A DNA stretch of 55,305 bases from Pirellulales bacterium (lineage in GTDB: Bacteria > Planctomycetota > Planctomycetia > Pirellulales > UBA1268), in NCBI GenBank assembly GCA_044234625.1, contig JBIIIP010000003.1:1-55305 (forward strand), read 5' to 3'. Made by a program: the position numbers and the translations under genes. Each line of letters begins with the position of its first letter. The stretch's first letter is position 1. The notes beneath the pieces were generated by a model. It was not told where the DNA came from and did no database searches. It saw nothing but the letters and a program-made list of their open reading frames with translations. Positions 29,815 through 36,171 of the stretch are shown here, piece by piece.

Positions 29815-30014
29815 CTCGACAGACCGGAGGTCCGTCGCCACTTTTCAGAGGGAGGTCGGTCGCCACTTTCTCATCCACACCAAGCGCCAGGCCCGGAGGG
29901 CCGGGTTCGAGCTAGCGGGCGGAGCCCGCCAAGGCAAGCTCGGCAGGAAGCCGAGGCTTGCCGTGCAGACAGACCAGAGGTCCGTCGCCACGTTTCAGAG
30001 GGAGGTCCATCGCC
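29815..30014. repeat. Composite repeat element of about 180 bp (MITE-like), reverse orientation relative to the copy at 48417-48597
   Basis: Reverse complement of 29815-29992 aligns end to end with 48417-48597, with only scattered substitutions and two short divergent blocks. Core hairpins at 29818-29836 and 29968-29986. Confidence 0.85.
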
Positions 30015-30811
30015 CCCGGCAACGCGAACAGCGCCATCGCGAGGCCCCAGAAAGGCTCGCCCGCGAACAGGCCGACCAGCGGCCAGGCCACCAGCCCGAT
30101 GCGACTCACGGTGCGCTGCATCGACGCGAACCAGATGCCGACCGCAAACAGGAGCTCGAAGGCCGTGATCGCATGCGTGACGGCGTTCATCGCCAGCCCC
30201 GACCGCGCCAGCAGCCCCGTGAGATCGACGACCCGCGAACCCTCCCGGCCGGCCAGCCACCACGCCGCCGTGCCGTTCCACCAGACATCACCCTTGAGTT
30301 GGGCGAGCACGGCTGCCGCCGTGATCACGGCGGCATGGACCTGCACGAGGCCCAGCCCGACGCCCGGTCGCACCGCGAACCCCACCGCGATGCACCACAG
30401 GAGCACCGCCAGGCAATCGTCGGCCGGCCCGGCGAGCATCGGCCCGCGGTTGAGCAGCGACGCCCAGAGCACCGCGGTGGCGACGCTCGTCACCGACGGC
30501 AGCACGCCGACGAGCAGCAGCACGAACGCGGCTGCCGTGAGCAGGAAGAGCAGCCACACCGCACCCGTGGTGCCGGCCAGGGCGAAGAGCGACGCGATGG
30601 AGCCGCCGCGCCACGCGGCCACCGTGTCCGCCGGGAGCAGCCCGGCCGGGCCGAACCAGGCCTCGATGTCGGCTGCGTAGCTCCACAGCAAAAAGAGCCC
30701 GAGCGAGGCGGCGCCCACGCGGAGCATGGCCAGCGGCCGCGGGTCAGCCGGCGCGAACCAGAAACGGTTCCACGTGGCCGCGAGGGGCGCGGCCGGGCCG
30801 AACTCGTTCAT
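29912..30811 (-). CDS. HTTM-like polytopic membrane protein
   Basis: MNEFGPAAPLAATWNRFWFAPADPRPLAMLRVGAASLGLFLLW is an HTTM-type N-terminus. Multiple TM segments. ATG 30811 overlaps the upstream stop (ATGA). The last ~33 codons lie in the repeat element. Confidence 0.55.
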   Translation of the reverse strand: MNEFGPAAPLAATWNRFWFAPADPRPLAMLRVGAASLGLFLLWSYAADIEAWFGPAGLLPADTVAAWRGGSIASLFALAGTTGAVWLLFLLTAAAFVLLLVGVLPSVTSVATAVLWASLLNRGPMLAGPADDCLAVLLWCIAVGFAVRPGVGLGLVQVHAAVITAAAVLAQLKGDVWWNGTAAWWLAGREGSRVVDLTGLLARSGLAMNAVTHAITAFELLFAVGIWFASMQRTVSRIGLVAWPLVGLFAGEPFWGLAMALFALPGAMDLPLKRGDGPLVCLHGKPRLPAELALAGSAR

Positions 30812-31431
30812 GGCTCGTCTCCCGGCCGCGGCGTGAGCGGCGCGACCTCTCCCCGCGGCTCCTGGCGAATGAGTTGGATCTCCTCCCCGACGAGGCGAAT
30901 CCGCGCGATGGAGACCTGCGCCGGATCGGCCGGCGGACTTCCTCGTTCGGGCAGGGGACGGCGCATCACCCGCACGACGACGTCGGTCGAGCCCAGGTCT
31001 TCGAACAGGCCGCGGCCGATCGCCGTGGGGAGGACCGCCTCCCGATCCGCGTCGTCCATCGGCAGCGCGGCGGCGCGGGCGAGCCGCCGCCACCGCGCCG
31101 CGCGCTCGCCCCACAGGCCGTCGGGCAGCCGCTGCTTCCGGTGGCCGTGCGGGTCGTCGTGGCGCCGGACGTCGAGAAAGTGATCGGCATCGTCTTCGAA
31201 GCCGTGCGTGAGCCGATAGTCGAAGCCGAGATCGAGCCACAACGGCACCATCCACGGCGAGAAAAGCCGGCCTTTGACCGTGGAGAGGAGCCACGATCCG
31301 CCGCTCGTCGTGTTCACTGCCACGGTGAGCACGAGGCCCACGAGATACGCGCCGAGCGCGACCGTGACCACGGTGCGGAAGGCCTCGGAAGGCGGCGCTG
31401 CATCGGCGGGACTGCGAGGTGGGGATGGCAT
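30808..31431 (-). CDS. Hypothetical membrane-anchored protein
   Basis: ATG 31431 (MPSPPRSPADAAPPSEAFRTVVTVALGAYLVGLVLTVAV). Translationally coupled to the HTTM-like gene. Confidence 0.5.
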   Translation of the reverse strand: MPSPPRSPADAAPPSEAFRTVVTVALGAYLVGLVLTVAVNTTSGGSWLLSTVKGRLFSPWMVPLWLDLGFDYRLTHGFEDDADHFLDVRRHDDPHGHRKQRLPDGLWGERAARWRRLARAAALPMDDADREAVLPTAIGRGLFEDLGSTDVVVRVMRRPLPERGSPPADPAQVSIARIRLVGEEIQLIRQEPRGEVAPLTPRPGDEP

Positions 31432-31490
31432 GACAACAGTGTGATTGGCGGTGGCTGGGTTCGCCAGTGAGCAACGCCCGTCGGGCTGCG

Positions 31491-31519
31491 TTGACACGCC
31501 CCGCTTTTCCCGATAGTTT
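31491..31519 (+). promoter_or_regulatory. Candidate promoter upstream of tRNA-Ala (TTGACA-N17-TAGTTT)
   Basis: Perfect -35 hexamer at 31491-31496, a 17-nt spacer, then TAGTTT at 31514-31519, about 70 nt before the tRNA. Confidence 0.25.
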
Positions 31520-31589
31520 CCGGGTGTCGAAAGGTCGTGCTTGGCGGCCCGATCCTTCCCCGGCAATCTCACCCGCGACTTGATACTCC

Positions 31590-31662
31590 GGGGGATTAGC
31601 TCAATTGGGAGAGCGTCTGGCTGGCAGCCAGAAGGTCAGGGGTTCGAATCCCCTATCCTCCA
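31590..31662 (+). tRNA. tRNA-Ala (anticodon GGC), no encoded CCA
   Basis: Hand-folded. Acceptor GGGGGAT/ATCCTCC with a G3:U70 pair. D-arm GCTC-AATTGGGA-GAGC. Anticodon arm TCTGG-CTGGCAG-CCAGA. T-arm AGGGG-TTCGAAT-CCCCT. Discriminator A followed by TTTTT. Confidence 0.9.
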
Positions 31663-31698
31663 TTTTTCGAGATTGCGTCCGGGAAGCGTGGGCCAAGC

Positions 31699-32637
31699 GT
31701 GAAGGGTTTCCGGTCGGGCGATCGGGCGTGGGTCAACGGATCGCTGATCCCCCGCGAAGCCCTCCATCTTCCGGTCGGTGACGCCGGGTTCGTGCTCGGG
31801 GCGACGGTCACCGAGCAATTGCGGACGTTTCGGGGCGAATTGTTCCTGCCCGAGCCGCACCGCGAACGGCTCGCCCTGTCGCTCGCAGCCGTGGGCATCG
31901 ATGCCGGCGTGCCGCTCGACGACGTGATGGCGGCCGCCGCCGACGTCGCCCGGTTCAACCACCGCCATCTCGACGCCGCGGCATCCGGCATCACCGGCGA
32001 TCTCGGTGTTGTGATCTTCGTCACGCCGGGCGATCAGCCGTCTCAGCACGAAGGCCATGCCGGCCGCCCGCTCGTCGCCGTGCACACGTTTCCCCTCGCC
32101 TTCGCGACGTGGGCGGAAGCCTATGCCCAGGGGGCGTCGCTCCGCAGCGTGTCGGTGCGCCAGGTGCCCGGCGAGTGCTGGCCGATCCACGCCAAGGTCC
32201 GCAGCCGCCTGCACTACTTTCTCGCCGACCGCGAAGCCGCGGCGCTGGAGCGCGGGTCGCGGGCGGTGGTGTGTCATGCCGATGGCCGCGTGAGCGAGAC
32301 GGCGACGGCCAACATCGCCATCGTCCGGAGCCACACGCTCCTCACGCCGCCGCCGGCCGACGCGCTGGCCGGCGTGAGCCTGGAATTCGCCCGGCAGCTC
32401 GCCGAGACGGCCGGACTCGGCTGGGAGGAGCGGTCGCTTACCGCACGGGACCTGTCGGCCGCGGACGAAATCCTCCTCACGAGCACCCCCTCGTGCGTCC
32501 TCCCGGCGACGCGATTTGACGGTGTTTTCGTCGGTTCGGGCCGGCCCGGCCCCGTCTACTCGGCCCTCTTGGAAGCGTGGAGCCGCCATGTGGGCCTCGA
32601 TATCGCGGCCCAAGCCCGCGGGTGCGCGACCCCCTGA
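31699..32637 (+). CDS. Class IV aminotransferase family (branched-chain/D-amino-acid aminotransferase or ADC lyase-like)
   Basis: WVNGSLIPREALHLPVGDAGFVLGATVTEQLRTFRGELF..HRERL is a typical fold-type IV N-terminus. GTG start. Confidence 0.75.
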   Translation: MKGFRSGDRAWVNGSLIPREALHLPVGDAGFVLGATVTEQLRTFRGELFLPEPHRERLALSLAAVGIDAGVPLDDVMAAAADVARFNHRHLDAAASGITGDLGVVIFVTPGDQPSQHEGHAGRPLVAVHTFPLAFATWAEAYAQGASLRSVSVRQVPGECWPIHAKVRSRLHYFLADREAAALERGSRAVVCHADGRVSETATANIAIVRSHTLLTPPPADALAGVSLEFARQLAETAGLGWEERSLTARDLSAADEILLTSTPSCVLPATRFDGVFVGSGRPGPVYSALLEAWSRHVGLDIAAQARGCATP

Positions 32638-32643
32638 TTCGGG

Positions 32644-32672
32644 TTGCCTCTTCGACGTCCCCCCAAAATAAT
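32644..32672 (+). promoter_or_regulatory. Candidate promoter for the rhodopsin gene (TTGCCT-N17-AATAAT)
   Basis: TTGCCT at 32644-32649, a 17-nt spacer, then AATAAT at 32667-32672, about 130 nt upstream of ATG 32803. Confidence 0.25.
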
Positions 32673-32802
32673 GCTCGCGAGCACGCACGCCTTCCGCCAT
32701 TCCCGGCGCTGGCTGCGCTGGCTGCGACCGAATGTGTTTCGGTCGTGGGGTGTTTTTGTCACGAGTCGGCTGCATCGCACGCCGGTCCTTCTGGAGGTTT
32801 TC

Positions 32803-33549
32803 ATGCTTTCTTTTCTCGCTCAGGCGACTGACGTCGCCCTCTCCATGGATTTCACGAAAAATTCGCCGCTTCAGTCGATCACGCTCTACCTGTTCTTCGC
32901 CGGCACGGTGGCGATGGGCGCGGGAGCACTGTACTTCTTTCTGCTGCGAAATTCCGTCGAGCCCGTCTACCGCAGCGCGATGGTGGTGGCCGGCCTGATC
33001 TGCGCGATCGCCTGCTTCCACTACTTCAAGATGACGCACGTCTACCAGGAGACCGGCGGGCAGTTTCCCACGGCGCTGCGCTACGTCGACTGGCTCTTCA
33101 CCACGCCGCTGCTGCTCGTGAAGTTTCCGCTGCTCTTGCGGATGGGCGAGCGGGGCACGAAGTTTTTCTGGCAGCTCGTGCTGCTCGACGTGGCGATGAT
33201 CGTCACCGCCTTCATCGCGGAGACGTCGCCGATCAATTCCGAGCGGTGGTGGACGTTCTTCATCGTGTCGTGCGTGTGTGAGGCGCTGATCGTGGGCGTG
33301 CTCTACATGTCGCTGGGGCAGGCGATCGCGGAGGCTCCGGCTCCGCTGGCCAAGGCCCTGGAGACAATGCGGCTGTTCGTGCTCATCGGGTGGGCGATCT
33401 ACCCGATCGGCTTCCTCATGGCCCGGTCCGGAAACGGCGAATACCGCGAGATCATCTACAACATCGCGGACGTGATCAACAAAGTGGGCTTCGGTCTGGT
33501 GGCCTACCACGGCATCCAGGCGATGGGCCACGGTTCGTCGCGCGACTGA
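32803..33549 (+). CDS. Microbial (type 1) rhodopsin, proteorhodopsin/xanthorhodopsin-like, D-T-K motif
   Basis: GGAGG lies 5 nt upstream of the ATG. Seven hydrophobic helices. Helix C RYVDWLFTTPLLLVKF. Helix F GWAIYP. Helix G YNIADVINKVGFGL (Asp plus Schiff-base Lys). Helix B FHY. Confidence 0.93.
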   Translation: MLSFLAQATDVALSMDFTKNSPLQSITLYLFFAGTVAMGAGALYFFLLRNSVEPVYRSAMVVAGLICAIACFHYFKMTHVYQETGGQFPTALRYVDWLFTTPLLLVKFPLLLRMGERGTKFFWQLVLLDVAMIVTAFIAETSPINSERWWTFFIVSCVCEALIVGVLYMSLGQAIAEAPAPLAKALETMRLFVLIGWAIYPIGFLMARSGNGEYREIIYNIADVINKVGFGLVAYHGIQAMGHGSSRD

Positions 33550-33564
33550 CGTCGAGACAAGGCC

Positions 33565-33600
33565 GCCGTCGCGCCGGAGCACGGCCTCCGGCGCGACGGC
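33565..33600 (+). other. Perfect 15-bp stem-loop immediately after the rhodopsin stop
   Basis: GCCGTCGCGCCGGAG-CACGGC-CTCCGGCGCGACGGC. No T-tract follows. Confidence 0.7.
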
Positions 33601-33708
33601 ACGGCCGAAAGCGAGCCGCCGGCGCGATCATCGTCGGGCTCGACCCCGCACCATGAGGGTGCCCCAAGCCTCTTTTCTTTCCGATCTCGCCACACGGAGA
33701 CGCAGGCT

Positions 33709-34767
33709 GTGCGAACCGGCAGTCACGATGCGGCATCGCGGTTTCGCAGCGTCATGTTCGGCGGGCTGCCCCTGGCATGCCTCGTGGCTGCCGCCGTCGC
33801 GGGTGCCGCGTGGGGGCCGACGTGGTCGGAGCGGTGGGCCCCGTGGCCATGGCTCGTGTCGCTGGCCGTCGTCGGCTTGCCGCACGGCGCCGTCGATTGG
33901 GCGGTGACGCGGCGGACGTGCCCCGTTGGCACCACCCGGCGCCTGGCGATCGCCTACCTCCTCGGCATGCTCGTGGTGCTCGGGTTGTTCGTGGCCATTC
34001 CGGTGCCGCTCATCATCCTGTTTGCGGCGGTGAGCGTCTGGCACTTTGGGATGGCCCACGCCGATGGCCAGATGCCTCCCGTCGAGGGCGGCCTGGTGAG
34101 GCAAGGACTCGCCGCACTCGCCCGCGGCGGGCTCGTGCTCGCCGTGCCGATGGCCTGCTGGCCCGCCGAGACCGCGGCGGTGGCCGAACACGTGGTCAGC
34201 CTCGCCACGCCGCGGTCGGCAGGGCTGGATGGCGGCGTGGTCCGCGGGCTCGGCATCGCGCTGGCGGCCGCAACGCTCGCGGCCTTCGCGATCGAGGCCA
34301 TGCGGTCGTGGCCGCAGCCCCAGTCGCGGCCCCGGACGCTGGCCACGGCGGCCGAACTGACGGCGTTCGCCGCGGTTGGAATGACGACGAAGCCGCTGTT
34401 TTCCGTCGGGCTCTACTTTCTCTGCTGGCACGCCTGGCGGCAGATGCTCCTCGTCGCACCGGTCGTCACCGGCTCCCTGCCCGGCGACTGGCCGTCGCTG
34501 GTGCGCGGGTTGCTGGCGATCCACCGCGCCGCCCTGCCGCTGCTCGTGCCCACGTGGCTGGTGCTGGCGGCCGTGTGGTGGCGCGTGTCGCCGACGCACT
34601 CGGTCGCCGACCTGGCCGCGCTGTCGCTGGTGGTGTATCTCGTCGTGACGCCGTCGCACGACCTGCTGATAGACTTGGCGCGGTCCCGTGCCGCCCGCAC
34701 GCCCGAGCCGTCACGATCCTCCCTCGCCCACCGATGCACCGCTCTCTCCGCTTTCTGGTCGTCCTGA
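33709..34767 (+). CDS. blh: Brp/Blh family beta-carotene 15,15'-dioxygenase (retinal synthesis)
   Basis: Polytopic membrane protein with His in conserved contexts (GLPHGAVDW, SVWHFG, LCWHAWRQ, TPSHDLL). Located next to the rhodopsin gene. Start is GTG 33709 or ATG 33754. Confidence 0.8.
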   Translation: MRTGSHDAASRFRSVMFGGLPLACLVAAAVAGAAWGPTWSERWAPWPWLVSLAVVGLPHGAVDWAVTRRTCPVGTTRRLAIAYLLGMLVVLGLFVAIPVPLIILFAAVSVWHFGMAHADGQMPPVEGGLVRQGLAALARGGLVLAVPMACWPAETAAVAEHVVSLATPRSAGLDGGVVRGLGIALAAATLAAFAIEAMRSWPQPQSRPRTLATAAELTAFAAVGMTTKPLFSVGLYFLCWHAWRQMLLVAPVVTGSLPGDWPSLVRGLLAIHRAALPLLVPTWLVLAAVWWRVSPTHSVADLAALSLVVYLVVTPSHDLLIDLARSRAARTPEPSRSSLAHRCTALSAFWSS

Positions 34768-35402
34768 CGCTCGCTGCGGTCGCGGTGCCGCTCGCTTCCT
34801 TCGCGGCTTTCGGCAGCCGGTTCGACCATGCCATCGCCGCTTGGCTCGATCCCCCGCCGCCCCGGCATCTGCTCGCCATCGCGGAGGTCGGCATCCTCGC
34901 CGTGGACCTGTTCCTGCCCGTTCCGTCGAGCCTCGTGGCCACCCTCGGCGGGGCGAGCCTCGGCATGCTTGCGGGCACCGCCTGTGCGTGGCTCGGCATG
35001 ACACTCGGGTCGCTCGCAGGCTGGGCGCTCGGCCGCGCGCTCGGCGGGCGGATGGCCGGGGCGTCGGCGGACGGTGCCGTGCCGCCGGCATCACCCCTGG
35101 CAGGCATCCGCCTGGGGCCGTTGTTCGTCGTGGTCACGCGGCCGCTGCCGCTCGTCGCCGAGGCGGCGGCCCTCTTCGCCGGCGGGGCGGGGATGCGGTG
35201 CATGGATTTCCTCGTCGCCGCCGCGGCGGGAAACCTCGCGATCGCCGCGGCCTGGACCGCCGCCGGCGCCTACGGCGTGCGCAGCGACTCGCTGCAATGG
35301 ATGCTCATGGCCGCCATCGCCGCGCCCGTCCTGGCGGCATGGCTGGTGGCGCGGCGGCGGTTCTGGCAGGATCGTCGGGAGAATCTGCCCGGCACGCCCT
35401 GA
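34734..35402 (+). CDS. DedA-superfamily / VTT-domain (TVP38/TMEM64-like) membrane protein
   Basis: ATG 34734 (MHRSLRFLVVLTLAAVAV..). ..VDLFLPVPSSLVATLGGASLGMLAGTACAWLGMTLGSLAGWALGRALG is VTT-like. Overlaps the blh 3' end by 34 nt. Confidence 0.6.
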   Translation: MHRSLRFLVVLTLAAVAVPLASFAAFGSRFDHAIAAWLDPPPPRHLLAIAEVGILAVDLFLPVPSSLVATLGGASLGMLAGTACAWLGMTLGSLAGWALGRALGGRMAGASADGAVPPASPLAGIRLGPLFVVVTRPLPLVAEAAALFAGGAGMRCMDFLVAAAAGNLAIAAAWTAAGAYGVRSDSLQWMLMAAIAAPVLAAWLVARRRFWQDRRENLPGTP

Positions 35403-35433
35403 CCACGCTTCCGACACGAGGCCCACCGCTTCC

Positions 35434-36078
35434 ATGGACTGGATCACGTCGCTCATCGACATCTTTCTGCACCTCGACCGCCACCTGCACGGCATCATCG
35501 AGGCCTGGGGGCCGTGGACCTACGTTCTCCTGTTCGTGATCATCCTCTGCGAGACGGGCCTGGTCGTGACGCCGTTTCTCCCGGGCGATTCGCTGCTGTT
35601 TGCGGCCGGCGCCATGGCTGCGCTCTATCCCGACGCGCTGAGCATCGTGTTGCTCTTGTGCCTGCTCGTCGCCGCCGCCGTGGCGGGAGACACGCTCAAC
35701 TACTGGATCGGCAACTGGATGGGGCCGCGGGCCTTTCGCATCAATGCCTGGTTCCTCAAGCACGAGCACCTCGCGAAGACGCAGGCCTTCTACGAGAAGC
35801 ACGGCGGCAAGACGATCGTGCTCGCCCGCTTCATTCCCATCATCCGTACGTTCGCCCCCTTCGTGGCCGGCGTGGGCAAGATGCACTACCCGCAGTTTCT
35901 CTACTTCAACATCCTCGGCGGCTTGGCGTGGGTGCTGATCTGCACGCTGGCCGGCTATTTCTTTGGCAACATCCCGGTGGTGAAGCAGCACTTTGAATTG
36001 GTGGTGGTGGGCATCGTGCTCCTGTCGGTGCTGCCCATCGCCTGGGAAATCTGGGCGCACCGCCGCCGGCCGGCCTGA
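35434..36078 (+). CDS. dedA: DedA family membrane protein
   Basis: MDWITSLIDIFLHLDRHL...ETGLVVTPFLPGDSLLFAAGA...GKTIVLARFIPIIRTFAPFVAGVGKM are canonical DedA blocks. Confidence 0.88.
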   Translation: MDWITSLIDIFLHLDRHLHGIIEAWGPWTYVLLFVIILCETGLVVTPFLPGDSLLFAAGAMAALYPDALSIVLLLCLLVAAAVAGDTLNYWIGNWMGPRAFRINAWFLKHEHLAKTQAFYEKHGGKTIVLARFIPIIRTFAPFVAGVGKMHYPQFLYFNILGGLAWVLICTLAGYFFGNIPVVKQHFELVVVGIVLLSVLPIAWEIWAHRRRPA

Positions 36079-36080
36079 AG

Positions 36081-36171
36081 GCGCACCGGCTCTCCCTCCG
36101 TGGGGACGGACCTCCGGTCTGTCCATGCTGTGGAGCAGCGCACCGGCTCCGGGTCGGCAAAAGTCTTCGCT
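36081..36171. repeat. Palindromic hairpin module flanked by a 12-bp direct repeat, plus a second-family repeat copy
   Basis: GCGCACCGGCTC occurs at 36081-36092 and 36138-36149, flanking the core hairpin at 36105-36123. 36138-36171 matches 26022-26055. Confidence 0.75.

Noticed and set aside
31636-33582. 648-aa minus-strand ORF covering the aminotransferase and rhodopsin region
   Set aside because: It is antisense to two ORFs with unmistakable family motifs, overlaps the tRNA gene, and has an Arg/His/Glu-rich shadow composition.
33777-35402. 541-aa plus-strand ORF spanning blh and the VTT gene
   Set aside because: Only the last 222 codons (from ATG 34734) look like a membrane protein. The upstream part is an out-of-frame read-through of blh with an Arg/Gly/Pro-rich product.
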